A DNA stretch of 64,000 nt, from contig CAVRBO010000004.1 in assembly GCA_963719285.1 (NCBI GenBank), forward strand, positions 95,103 through 159,102, written 5' to 3'. Position numbers and translations under genes: made by a program. The notes below the pieces were generated by a model that saw only the letters and a program-made list of their open reading frames with translations, was not told where the DNA came from and did not search any database. Within the stretch, counting starts at the first letter, position 1, and every line of letters begins with the position of its first letter. Of the stretch, positions 38,878 to 48,298 are shown piece after piece. The DNA comes from an uncultured Chloroflexia bacterium. Lineage in GTDB: Bacteria > Chloroflexota > Limnocylindria > Limnocylindrales > CSP1-4.

Positions 38878-39545
38878 TGAACGGGCAGCCGCTCATCGAC
38901 TTCGGCTGGGTAGGCGGTCACGCCGACCTGATCTGGCAGCGCTTCCTGCAGCACCTCCAGCTGACGGCGATCCCCGTGGTGCTCGGCTTCGTCATCGCCC
39001 TGTTCGTCGCGATCGCCGTCCTGAATCGCCCTCGGATCTATGCCCTCATCATCGGGATCGCCGGCGTCCTGTACACGATCCCGAGTCTGGCCGCGTACCT
39101 GCTCGTCGCCCGGATCACCGGTCTGTCGCTGCTGACCGCGGTCATCCCACTGACCACGTACACGCTGCTCATCCTCGTCCGCGGCATCACGGCCGGACTC
39201 AAGGCCGTCGAGCCCGACGTCCTCGAGGCCGCCGAGGGGATGGGCTACACCCGGACGCAGCGGCTGCTGCGCGTCGAGCTGCCCCTCGCGGTACCGCTGA
39301 TGATCTCGAGCCTCCGTCTGGCGACCGTCACCACGATCGGCCTGGCGACCGTCGCGTCGCTCCTCGGCGACACGTACGGCGGCTTCGGCCAGTTCCTGAC
39401 CGAGGGGATCCAGACGTTCTTCGCCACGAAGATCTACCTGGGGGCCGGCCTGTCGGTCATCTTCGCCATCGTCGCCGACCTGGTCCTGGTCCAGGTCGAG
39501 CGGTTCGCCACGCCGTGGGCGCGCGCCCGCGCCGGAGCCCGCTGA
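38877..39545 (+). CDS. Osmoprotectant ABC permease
   Basis: YTIPSLA, EAAEGMG, VELPLAVP. Confidence 0.9.
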   Translation: MNGQPLIDFGWVGGHADLIWQRFLQHLQLTAIPVVLGFVIALFVAIAVLNRPRIYALIIGIAGVLYTIPSLAAYLLVARITGLSLLTAVIPLTTYTLLILVRGITAGLKAVEPDVLEAAEGMGYTRTQRLLRVELPLAVPLMISSLRLATVTTIGLATVASLLGDTYGGFGQFLTEGIQTFFATKIYLGAGLSVIFAIVADLVLVQVERFATPWARARAGAR

Positions 39546-40303
39546 TGCCCGGGTTCGTCCAGTGGCTCGTCGATCCGATCAACTGGAGCGGTTCGGACGG
39601 CATCCCCACCCGCCTGCTCGAGCATCTCGAGATCTCAGGCTCCGCCGTCCTCGTCGCCCTGCTCATCGGGCTCCCGATCGGCCTCGCGATCGGGCATACC
39701 GGACGCGGGGCCACGATCGCCATCAACATCGCCAACATCGGCCGGGCGATCCCGTCGTATGCCCTGCTTGGCATGATCCTGCCCGTCTCGCTGAGCATCA
39801 ACCCGGAGCTCGGCCTGTACGTCATCCCGACCTTCCTCGCCATGACCGCCCTGGCCATCCCGCCCATCCTCGTGGGCGCCTACGCCGGGCTTCGCGAGGT
39901 CGACCGGGATCTCATCGAGGCGGCCCGCGGGATGGGTCTGCGTGAACGCCAGATCCTCCTCGGGATCGAGGTCCCGCTCGCAGCCGGGGTCATCGTCGGA
40001 GGGATCCGGACCGCGTCGCTGCAGGTCATCGCCACGGCCACGATCGGGTCGATCCTGTCGGGAGGTGGCCTGGGACGGTACATCTTCGACGGGTTGCTCA
40101 ATCAGGACTACGATCGCGTGGTCGCGGGTGCGGTGCTCGTCGCTGCACTTGCGATCGTTGTGGATATCCTGTTGGCCGGCGTCCAACGAGCCATCACTCC
40201 CCGACCGCTCCGGACGGGGGCTCGAACGCCGGAGCCTCCGGACGTCCCCGGAGAACCGCCACCGACCGGAGCGCGGGCACTCGTCCGCGCCGCGGGTGGA
40301 TGA
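39545..40303 (+). CDS. Osmoprotectant ABC permease
   Basis: GRAIPSYAL, EAARGMG, GGGLGRYI; TGATG overlap. Confidence 0.9.
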   Translation: MPGFVQWLVDPINWSGSDGIPTRLLEHLEISGSAVLVALLIGLPIGLAIGHTGRGATIAINIANIGRAIPSYALLGMILPVSLSINPELGLYVIPTFLAMTALAIPPILVGAYAGLREVDRDLIEAARGMGLRERQILLGIEVPLAAGVIVGGIRTASLQVIATATIGSILSGGGLGRYIFDGLLNQDYDRVVAGAVLVAALAIVVDILLAGVQRAITPRPLRTGARTPEPPDVPGEPPPTGARALVRAAGG

Positions 40304-40364
40304 ACCCGACCTGATCAACCGGCCCGACCCACCGACGATCGGTGCGGGGCCACCAGGAGGAGGA

Positions 40365-41363
40365 ATGATGCGGAACAGCCGCCTAGCGATCATCGCAGCG
40401 AGCGTCGTCATGATCATGACGGCCTGCTCGGCTGCGGCCACCCCCAGCCCCGCCCCGACCGCCGCCCCGACGGCGATGGCGAGCGAGGCACCGACCGCCG
40501 CCCCGACTGCGGCCCCGACGGCCGCTCCGTTGCCGAGCGTCCGGATCGGTTCGGACAACTTCTACGAGTCGAAGCTCATGGCCGAGATCTACGCCCAGGT
40601 GCTCGAGCACGCGGGCTACACGGTCGACCGGCATCTCGGGCTCGGTTCGCGCCAGGCCCGCCAGCCGCTCATGGAGCAGGGCCAGGTCGACATCGTCCCG
40701 GAGTACGTCGGGTCCGGCCTGGGCTACTACGACAAGACCCAGATCACCGGTGACGGCGCCAAGAACGCCGCGGCGCTCGCCGCGATCCTCAAGGGCAAGG
40801 GCGGCGGCATCGAGGTCTTCGGCATCACGCCGGCCCAGGACCAGAACGCCTTCGTCGTCCGCGGTGACACTGCGACCGCCCTCAACCTCACGAAGATGAG
40901 CGATCTGGCCGCCGTTCAGGACCAGATCAAGTGGGGCCTGCCGCCCGACTGCGACACGAACCCGATCTGCAAGGGTGCGCTCGTGGCGTACGGCATCACC
41001 TATCCCCCGAAGTCCCGGACCAAGCTGGCCGCGTGCGACGCGCCGATCGCCCAGGCCCTCCAGGCCAAGACGATCGACCTGGCCGAGCTCTGCTCGACCC
41101 AGCCGGCCATCGCCCAGTTCGGGTTCGTCCAGCTGACCGACGACAAGCAGACCCAGCCGGCCGAGAACATCGCGCCGCTCGTCCGCGACGACTTCCTGGC
41201 CAAGGTGCCCGACAAGGCCGCCTTCCAGAAGCTGCTCGACGATGCCTCGGCCAAGATGGACACGGCGACGCTCACCGCGCTCGGCGTCCGCGTCGGCGTG
41301 AACAACGAGGACCTCGCGGTCGTCGCCAAGGATTGGCTCACCACGAACGGCCTCCTGCCGTAA
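40365..41363 (+). CDS. Glycine betaine/choline ABC substrate-binding lipoprotein
   Basis: Lipobox MTAC, IGSDNFYES, PEYVGS, QPAENIAPLV; AGGAGG SD. Confidence 0.9.
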   Translation: MMRNSRLAIIAASVVMIMTACSAAATPSPAPTAAPTAMASEAPTAAPTAAPTAAPLPSVRIGSDNFYESKLMAEIYAQVLEHAGYTVDRHLGLGSRQARQPLMEQGQVDIVPEYVGSGLGYYDKTQITGDGAKNAAALAAILKGKGGGIEVFGITPAQDQNAFVVRGDTATALNLTKMSDLAAVQDQIKWGLPPDCDTNPICKGALVAYGITYPPKSRTKLAACDAPIAQALQAKTIDLAELCSTQPAIAQFGFVQLTDDKQTQPAENIAPLVRDDFLAKVPDKAAFQKLLDDASAKMDTATLTALGVRVGVNNEDLAVVAKDWLTTNGLLP

Positions 41364-41380
41364 GCACCGGATCCTGATCG

Positions 41381-41419
41381 AACGGGCCCTCGGCGACGCC
41401 GAGGGCCCGTTCCTTTTCT
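41381..41419 (+). terminator. Intrinsic terminator
   Basis: aacgggccctcggc-gac-gccgagggcccgtt followed by ccttttct. Confidence 0.85.
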
Positions 41420-41431
41420 GCGAGGGACCCC

Positions 41432-42445
41432 ATGACCGCCACGCCCGGGTTGCGGATCGTCAGCTCCGAGCCCCTCAATGCCGAAGCCCCGCTCGAGGCA
41501 CTCAGCGGGGTCGTGCCACGGAGCGAGCTCCACTTCGTCCGCAGCCACTTCGCGTTCCCCGCGCACCCCGGAACCCTGACCATCGGCGGGGAGGCCCGGC
41601 GACCGATGGTGCTCACCCTGGATGCGCTCCGGGACCGGGCGAGCTCGTCCGTGGCCAACACCCTCGAGTGCGCCGGTAATGGGCGGGCGTTCCTCGACCC
41701 ACCCGCCCCCGGCGAGCCGTGGCGCCTCGGCGCGGTCGGCACAGCGGAGTGGACCGGGGTCATGCTTCGCGATCTGCTCGCGGAGGCGGAGGTCACCGAG
41801 CGTGCGGTCGAGATCCTGTTCCGGGGCGCCGATTCAGGAGAACCGGCCGGCCTCGGCCGGACGATCGCGTTCGAGCGCTCGCTCCGTTTGCCCGTGCCCG
41901 CCGACGTGATCGTCGCCCTCGAGATGAACGGGCGACCGCTGGCGCGCGAGTACGGCGCCCCGTTCCGGCTCATCGTCCCGGGCTGGTACGGGATGGCATC
42001 GGTGAAGTGGCTCACCGAGATCGTCGCGATCGCGACGCCGTTCCGCGGCTTCTACCAGGCCGACCGCTACGTGATCGGCGACGCACCGCTCGACGTGATC
42101 GCGCCACGGGCGTTGATCGTCGCGCCGGCCGACGGCGCCCGGGTCCCGGCCCGGCCCTCGGTCATCCGCGGGTACGCGTGGTCGGGCCGTACGTCCATCG
42201 ACCGGGTCGATGTGAGCACGGACGGCGGGGAGACCTGGGCGGCCGCGGAGCTTGGCAAGGCAGTGGGTCGCGCGTGGCGGACGTGGGAGACGGGGTGGAA
42301 ACCGGTGCCCGGCGTCGCGACGCTCCTCGCTCGCGCCACGAACGCCCGCGGCGAACGCCAGCCGCTCGAACAGGTCCGCAACGCCCTCGGCTACGGCAAC
42401 AACGCCGCTCAGCCGGTGCTCGTCGAGGTCGTCCCGGCCGACTGA
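41432..42445 (+). CDS. Sulfite oxidase family molybdoenzyme with dimerisation domain
   Basis: PLNAE, FVRSH, TLECAGNGR, GAPFRLIVPGWYGMASVKWL, RVDVSTDGG. Confidence 0.9.
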   Translation: MTATPGLRIVSSEPLNAEAPLEALSGVVPRSELHFVRSHFAFPAHPGTLTIGGEARRPMVLTLDALRDRASSSVANTLECAGNGRAFLDPPAPGEPWRLGAVGTAEWTGVMLRDLLAEAEVTERAVEILFRGADSGEPAGLGRTIAFERSLRLPVPADVIVALEMNGRPLAREYGAPFRLIVPGWYGMASVKWLTEIVAIATPFRGFYQADRYVIGDAPLDVIAPRALIVAPADGARVPARPSVIRGYAWSGRTSIDRVDVSTDGGETWAAAELGKAVGRAWRTWETGWKPVPGVATLLARATNARGERQPLEQVRNALGYGNNAAQPVLVEVVPAD

Positions 42446-42654
42446 GCTGAGCGTGCGATCCCGACCCACGGCTTGTTGTCAGATGACCACCGGGCGGGCG
42501 TTCGTCGCGGTTCCGCTGCCCCGGAGGGCATCAGCCTCATCTCGAGACACCCGCCCGTGCGTGGCTCGAGCTTCGCGGATCGCTCACCTGTGACGAGTGA
42601 CCACCTGGGGAGCGCCTGGCAGGTTCTCGGGTCCGTCGGCGCCCGAGCGCGGGC

Positions 42655-43632
42655 TCAGGCGTTGTCGACCAGCGGCTTGACCTCACCGATGAGCCGCTCG
42701 ATCGTCTCGACGTCGTACGGCGCGGGCTGCTCCGAGATCACGGTGTGGAAGCCGAGCTTGACGTACGGGATGAGTCGCTCGGCGAGCTGCTCGGCGGTCC
42801 CGCACCAGAACGTGTCGTCCTCGTCGAGCTCGCTGACGGGCGTCTTGTTGTGCTCCAGCGCCGCGGTCTGGACGCGCCGAGCCTCGGCCTCGGTGTCCCG
42901 GATCAGGGCCTTGATGCCGAGCGTGAACTCGATGTCGGCGATGTCCCGGCCGACGTCGTCGCAGTGACGGCGCAGGACATCGATCTTGCGGGCCATCATG
43001 TCGGGCGGGCCCATCGCGTTCCACATGTCGGCGTACCGGGCGACCGTCCGCAGCGTCTTCTTCTCGCCGGATCCGCCGATCATGATCGGCAGGCGGGTCT
43101 GGACCGGGAGCGGCAGCTGGTGCGCGTTGAGCATCGCGTAGCGCCCGGCCGGCGCCGAGGTCACGAGCTCCCCGTCGAGCAGCCGGCGCTGGAGGCCGAC
43201 GGACTCGTCCAGCCAGTCGAGCCGCTGCCCCGGGCTCGCCCCGAAGGCGATGCCGTGGGCTTCGTGTTCCTTCTCGAACCACGCCGCACCCACGCCGAGG
43301 ATCGCCCGGCCGTTGCTGATGTGGTCGAGCGAGGTGGCGTTCTTGGCCTGGATGCCCGGGTTGCGGAACGTGTTCGCGCCGACGAGGAGGCCGAGCCGGG
43401 TCTGTTCGGTCGCCATCGCGTAGGCGTACAGGAGCGCCCATCCGTCGAGGATCGGCTGATCCCAGTCGCCGAAGATCGCGTTGATGTGATCCCATGCCCA
43501 GAGGTGGGCATAGCCAAGGCGATCGATGAGCTTCGCCGTCGCGAGCTGCTCCGGCCAGGTCGAGCCCTGGTTCCACGGCAGAATGCCGAGCTGCAGGCCG
43601 TCCTTGGGGGAGCCGGAAGTGGTGGCGGGCAT
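42655..43632 (-). CDS. LLM-class (likely F420-dependent) flavin oxidoreductase
   Basis: WAWDH, NTFRNPG, LDHISNGRAILGVGAAW, PIMIGGSGEKKTLR. Confidence 0.9.
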   Translation of the reverse strand: MPATTSGSPKDGLQLGILPWNQGSTWPEQLATAKLIDRLGYAHLWAWDHINAIFGDWDQPILDGWALLYAYAMATEQTRLGLLVGANTFRNPGIQAKNATSLDHISNGRAILGVGAAWFEKEHEAHGIAFGASPGQRLDWLDESVGLQRRLLDGELVTSAPAGRYAMLNAHQLPLPVQTRLPIMIGGSGEKKTLRTVARYADMWNAMGPPDMMARKIDVLRRHCDDVGRDIADIEFTLGIKALIRDTEAEARRVQTAALEHNKTPVSELDEDDTFWCGTAEQLAERLIPYVKLGFHTVISEQPAPYDVETIERLIGEVKPLVDNA

Positions 43633-43713
43633 CGGGGCGGGTTCCTCCTCGTCGTCGTATCCCGTCCAGTCTACGGGCGCCGCCCGACCCAAGTCCGATA
43701 CGGCCCTCCGGGG

Positions 43714-44568
43714 CTACCCCAACGGCAGGGTGGCCAGGTCGCCCTCGATCACCTCGCGGTCCTCGGCTTCGGCGATCGCGTCGCACGCGGCGCGGGCACG
43801 GGCCGCCCACTCGCGAGCCGCCACGAGGTCGCCGCTCACGGCGAGGGCGCGGGCCATGGCCTCGTAGGCGCTCGCGATATCCCAGTCGCGGATCCCGTTC
43901 GCCTCGTTGATGTCCACGCAGCGGCGGGCGTGCCAGAGGGCGGGCTCGGCACGGCCGAGGACGGCGTAGACCCGCGAGCACTGCCACTCCCCGCGGGCGA
44001 GGTTCGCCGCGGTGCCGGCCCTGCCCCAGTGGTAGCGCGAGGCGTGGGCGGTGTGGATCATCTCGTCGATCTGGGCGGGCGTGCGATCGGCGATCTCGAG
44101 CAGCGTCCAGGTGTGGTTGAACAGCTCTGCCCCGAGCCGGCGATGGGCCGCCTCGTCGAGCACGTCGGAGGTGGCGGCGGTGTCGGTCACGATCGGTCCC
44201 TTTCCTTCACTCAGCTGGCCCACGATGTGGAGGATCCGTTGGAGGCGGAACGTCCGCGCCTCCACGCGGCCGCGATGGGTCGCCAGCCAGCGCCGGCGCT
44301 CCGCCGGGTGGTCCGTGGCGAGCAGCTCGCGGATCTCGTCGATCGGCATCTCGAGGTCACGCAGCCGCGCGATCGTCCGCGCGGTGTCGAGCTGCGCTCG
44401 GCGGTAGCGGCGGTAGCCGGTGAACGGGTCCACGTCGGCCGGCCGGAGCAGGTCGAGCTCGTCGTAGTGGCGGAGCGCCCCCACCGACAGCCCGGTCAGC
44501 CGGGCGAAGCGCCCGATCGCCAACAGGTCGGTGTCGGTCTCCATGTGGGGCGTGCCCGGCTCGCTCAT
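43714..44568 (-). CDS. MerR family regulator fused to an uncharacterised helical domain
   Basis: IGRFARLTGLSVGALRHYDELDLLRPADVDPFTGYRRY; C-terminal FNHTWTLLE...HASRYHW...RGEWQCSRVYA. Confidence 0.88.
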   Translation of the reverse strand: MSEPGTPHMETDTDLLAIGRFARLTGLSVGALRHYDELDLLRPADVDPFTGYRRYRRAQLDTARTIARLRDLEMPIDEIRELLATDHPAERRRWLATHRGRVEARTFRLQRILHIVGQLSEGKGPIVTDTAATSDVLDEAAHRRLGAELFNHTWTLLEIADRTPAQIDEMIHTAHASRYHWGRAGTAANLARGEWQCSRVYAVLGRAEPALWHARRCVDINEANGIRDWDIASAYEAMARALAVSGDLVAAREWAARARAACDAIAEAEDREVIEGDLATLPLG

Positions 44569-44574
44569 GACGCG

Positions 44575-44605
44575 ATGGTGGACCCTCGGGCTACCGGAGA
44601 GTCAA
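44575..44605 (-). promoter_or_regulatory. MerR-type promoter with 19-bp spacer and dyad operator
   Basis: Minus strand: TTGACT, 19 nt, CACCAT, 6 nt, ATG; dyad GACTCTC...GAGGGTC overlaps the -35 and spacer. Confidence 0.75.
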
Positions 44606-44627
44606 GCCCCAGTTCACGCGCGGTGAT

Positions 44628-44906
44628 TCAGGCGTTGTCGAGCTCGCGCGAGATCGCCCGGGTGATGAACCGGGCCGCTTCGGCGCTCTTGCCACCCAGG
44701 CGCTGGCCGTCGTCCTGCTCGAGCGCGACCATGAGGTCGCCGAGCATCTGGTCCAGGAGTGGCGTCCGGACGAGCGTCCCGCCGGCGAAGGCCGCCTCCA
44801 ACTCCTCGACCGCCCGGCGGGTGTTCTCGACGGCGTGGCCCTTCTCCTCGATCGTCGCCCGGAACGCCGCTCGGGCGCTCTCGGCGGCGGGGCCGTCAGA
44901 CGCCAT
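44628..44906 (-). CDS. Hypothetical protein (92 aa, helical)
   Basis: Clean ORF with typical codon usage downstream of the GNAT gene. Confidence 0.75.
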   Translation of the reverse strand: MASDGPAAESARAAFRATIEEKGHAVENTRRAVEELEAAFAGGTLVRTPLLDQMLGDLMVALEQDDGQRLGGKSAEAARFITRAISRELDNA

Positions 44907-44921
44907 GGTCGTCGCGCGCCA

Positions 44922-45563
44922 TCAGTGACCGCCCGAGCCGGTCGCCGCCGACGACTCCGTCTCCGCTCCGGCACTCGCCGTCGACACGTCCCGGGCCGTC
45001 GGCGCCTGGGTCGCCCGCCACTCCGATTCGAGCATGCTCATGTCGATCTCGTCCCAGTAGCGCCCGTCTCGGTAGATCGCGTCGCGCGCCCGGCCCTCGA
45101 CCACGAAACCCACCTTCTCGTACGACCGGATCGCCCGCTCGTTGAACGCGAACACGGCCAGGCTGACCCGGTGGAGACCCATGCTCGTGAACGCGTGGGC
45201 GAGCATGAGCCGGGTCGCCTCGGTGCCGTACCCGTGGCCCCACAGGTCCTTCTCGCCGATCGTGATATGGAACAGTGCCGAGCCGTTGTCGGCGTCGAGC
45301 TGGCTGAACGCGCACGACCCGATGAGCCGGTCCTTGGCCCGGAGGTGGACCGCGAGCGTCAGCGAGTCGATGCCGAGCACCCGGGCGGTGAAGAAGCGGT
45401 CGATCTCGTCGGGACGCATCGGGCCGTCGCGATAACGGGTCAGGCGGGCCACTTCGGCGTCGCTGTACCAGCGCCGGAACGCGGCGAGGTTCTCGGGCCG
45501 GTGACGCCGGAGGACGATCGTTTCGCCGACGAGTGCCTCGGGGAACGTCGACTGCACAGGCAT
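44922..45563 (-). CDS. GNAT N-acetyltransferase (RimJ/RimL family)
   Basis: IGEKDLWGHGYGTEA, LHRVSL, NERAIRSYEKVGF. Confidence 0.92.
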   Translation of the reverse strand: MPVQSTFPEALVGETIVLRRHRPENLAAFRRWYSDAEVARLTRYRDGPMRPDEIDRFFTARVLGIDSLTLAVHLRAKDRLIGSCAFSQLDADNGSALFHITIGEKDLWGHGYGTEATRLMLAHAFTSMGLHRVSLAVFAFNERAIRSYEKVGFVVEGRARDAIYRDGRYWDEIDMSMLESEWRATQAPTARDVSTASAGAETESSAATGSGGH

Positions 45564-45587
45564 GGGTCAGACGATACCATCCGGCCC

Positions 45588-47297
45588 ATGCGCCGCTGGA
45601 GCGAGGTGGCCGAGCGTGTCAGCGCGACCACCCGGACCTCGGAGAAGACCCGTCTGCTGGCCGACGAGTTCCGCGAACTCAGCGCCGACGAACTTCCGGT
45701 CGCGGCCATCTTCTGGACCGGCCGGCCGTTCCCGGAAGCCGATGGCCGCTCCCCAGGGCTCGGTTGGGCGTCGATCGCCGCCGCGGTGACGAGGGTCGCG
45801 GGAGTGCCGCGTGAGGCCCTCGGCGAGGCGTACGACCGCCACTCCGACCTGGGCCTGGCGGTCGCCGACGTGCTGGCCGCCCAGCCCGGCCGCGTCGACG
45901 CGGCCGCGGAGCCGACGCTGAGCGAGGTGGCCGAGGCGTTCGCGGAGGTGGAACGGGCGTCCGGTCCGGCCGCGAAGGCCGCCCGGTTCGAGGCGCTCCT
46001 GCGGCGGTGCGACCCGCTCACCGCCAAGTACGTCGTCAAGGTGCTCGGCGGCGATCTCCGCATCGGCCTGCGCGAGGGCCTCCTCGAGGCGGCCCTGGCC
46101 GAGGCGTTCGGGCGGCCGCTCGTCGACGTCAAGCGGGCCGGCCAGCTGGTCGGCGACGTGGGCATCGTCGCGCGGCTGGCCCACGACGACCGGCTGGCCG
46201 AGGCCTCGCCACGGCTGTTCCATCCCCTCAAGTTCATGCTCGCGTCCCCGGCCGAGGACGCCGCCGAGATCCTGGGCCGCCTCGGCCCCACCGTCTGGGT
46301 GGAGGACAAGTACGACGGCATCCGGGCCCAGCTCCACCGGCGAGGAACGGAGGTCCGCCTCTACAGCCGCGACCTCAACGAGATCGGGGATGGCTACCCG
46401 GAGGTCGTCGCGGGGGCGCGTGGCCTCGATTGGGACGGGATCCTCGACGGCGAGCTGCTCGCGTTCCGGCCGGATGGCGCGAAGGGGGGCACGGTGCTGC
46501 CGTTCCTCGCGCTCCAGGGTCGGATCGGCCGGAAGCGCCCGAGCGCGGCGATCCTCGCCTCGGTCCCGGTCATCTTCGTGGCGTGGGACGCGCTCGTGCT
46601 CGGGCCCCGGGACGGGGAGCTCGAGCCGCTCCTGGAGCGGCCACTCGAGGAGCGCCGGGCACGCCTCGAGGCGCTCGACCTGCCGCTCGCCGCCGATGGC
46701 GGCGCCTTCGGCCTGTCGCACCTCGTGACGGTCGGTTCGGTCGATGAGCTGGAGGCCGAGTTCGCGGCCGCGCGCGCTCGCCGCAACGAGGGCCTGATGG
46801 TCAAGGACCCGACGAGCGCGTACACGCCGGGCCGCCGCGGCCTGGGTTGGCTGAAGATGAAGAAGGCGCTCGCCACGATCGACTGCGTCGTCGTGGGCGT
46901 CGAGCTGGGCCATGGCAAGCGCCACGGCGTCCTGTCGGACTACACGTTCGCCGTCCGCGACGAGGCGAACGACCGGCTCGTGAACATCGGCAAGGCGTAC
47001 TCGGGCCTGACCGACGCCGAGATCGCCGAGATGACCGCCTGGTTCGAGGACCACACGATCGCCCGGTTCGGGCGGTATCGGCAGGTCGAGCCGAGCGTCG
47101 TCGTCGAGGTCGCATTCGACGTGATCATGCGCTCGACCCGCCACCAGAGCGGCTTCGCGCTCCGCTTCCCGCGCATCGCCAACCTCCGGCGCGACAAGCC
47201 GGCGACCGAGATCGACACCCTGGCGACCGTGGAGCGGCTCTTCGAGGGCCTCCAATCCGGGGCCGAGCACCTGGTGACCGCGAGCGCCAGACGATAG
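45588..47297 (+). CDS. ATP-dependent DNA ligase (LigB/archaeal type)
   Basis: GDLRIG, EDKYDGIRAQ, ILDGE, EGLMVK, PGRRG..WLK, ALRFPRI..LRRDK. Confidence 0.93.
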   Translation: MRRWSEVAERVSATTRTSEKTRLLADEFRELSADELPVAAIFWTGRPFPEADGRSPGLGWASIAAAVTRVAGVPREALGEAYDRHSDLGLAVADVLAAQPGRVDAAAEPTLSEVAEAFAEVERASGPAAKAARFEALLRRCDPLTAKYVVKVLGGDLRIGLREGLLEAALAEAFGRPLVDVKRAGQLVGDVGIVARLAHDDRLAEASPRLFHPLKFMLASPAEDAAEILGRLGPTVWVEDKYDGIRAQLHRRGTEVRLYSRDLNEIGDGYPEVVAGARGLDWDGILDGELLAFRPDGAKGGTVLPFLALQGRIGRKRPSAAILASVPVIFVAWDALVLGPRDGELEPLLERPLEERRARLEALDLPLAADGGAFGLSHLVTVGSVDELEAEFAAARARRNEGLMVKDPTSAYTPGRRGLGWLKMKKALATIDCVVVGVELGHGKRHGVLSDYTFAVRDEANDRLVNIGKAYSGLTDAEIAEMTAWFEDHTIARFGRYRQVEPSVVVEVAFDVIMRSTRHQSGFALRFPRIANLRRDKPATEIDTLATVERLFEGLQSGAEHLVTASARR

Positions 47298-47354
47298 TCA
47301 GGCAGCCCGTTCGGCGGGTGTCCGGACCCGAAGGTCACGCGTATCCTGTGCGCC

Positions 47355-48248
47355 ATGTTCGCCCAGATCGCAGAGCAACCAGTCGGCGTGACCCTGTACA
47401 CGGACTCGTACGTCGTCCGCGGCTACGTCGCGAGCCGCCATCGGCGGGTCACCGATATCCTCAACACGGCGGTCGAGGCGTTCATCGTCCTGTCCGACGT
47501 GACGATGGACGAGTGGGGTTCGACGGCGACTCCCGTCCGGGCCGACTTCGCCCAGGTGAACCTCGCCTCCGTCCTGTTCGCGGTGGCCGATGAGGCGGTC
47601 GAGCCGACGCCCGAGCTGCGGATGCCCAAGATCACCGAGCAGGCGTTCATCACGGTGCCGCCGTTCCGGGTGGTGGGCACGATCCACCTGCCGCCCGAGC
47701 AGAACATGCGCCTGGCGCTCAACGAGCTGACCGGGCGGTTCCTGCCGGTCACCGACGCCACCTTCTGGTCCGACACCGTCGGCGAGGGCAAGCAGAGCGC
47801 GGTCATGGTCGCGGTGAACCACTCCCGTGCCCAGATCCTCGCGCCCCACACGGACGTCGATCCGTGGGTCGGGCTCGACCGGTCCAACCACCTGGGGGAT
47901 GAGGCAGGGAAGGGGTTCCCACCGGGCGCGACGCTCGCGCCGGAACCTGCGCCCGCGGCGCCGTCCCCAGGCCCGAGTGCAGCCACGCCGGAGGCCCCAA
48001 GGCGCGATGCCTGGGGCGTGCCGCTCGCTCCCGGAAGCGTGGATCCATGGGGGTCCGCCGCCGGCCAGGACGCGTGGGCGACGGCGGCCGCTCCGGCCCA
48101 ACCGGCCGTACCGGGACCGCCGTCCGTGCCGCCGTCGCGCACCGGCCTGCTGGGCCGCGTCCACGGGACCGGCGGGACGGGCGCCTCGATGGACCTGCCC
48201 CGGCCGGTGGACGACGCACCCGACCCCGCTCTCGCCGACCGGGACTGA
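47355..48248 (+). CDS. Hypothetical protein (tandem small beta domains, DUF6812-like) with Pro-rich tail
   Basis: RVTDILN, FIVLSDVT, VVGTIHLP, FLPVTDA; TATCCT -10 is 7 nt upstream. Confidence 0.65.
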   Translation: MFAQIAEQPVGVTLYTDSYVVRGYVASRHRRVTDILNTAVEAFIVLSDVTMDEWGSTATPVRADFAQVNLASVLFAVADEAVEPTPELRMPKITEQAFITVPPFRVVGTIHLPPEQNMRLALNELTGRFLPVTDATFWSDTVGEGKQSAVMVAVNHSRAQILAPHTDVDPWVGLDRSNHLGDEAGKGFPPGATLAPEPAPAAPSPGPSAATPEAPRRDAWGVPLAPGSVDPWGSAAGQDAWATAAAPAQPAVPGPPSVPPSRTGLLGRVHGTGGTGASMDLPRPVDDAPDPALADRD

Positions 48249-48298
48249 CCGGGTCCTACTCGCAACACGGGGCCTCCGGCGATGGCTCAGCCGAAGGC

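Noticed and set aside
45588-47297. NHEJ system
   Set aside because: The ligase has the LigB-type N-terminal DNA-binding domain, lacks LigD polymerase/phosphoesterase domains, and no Ku gene is in the window.
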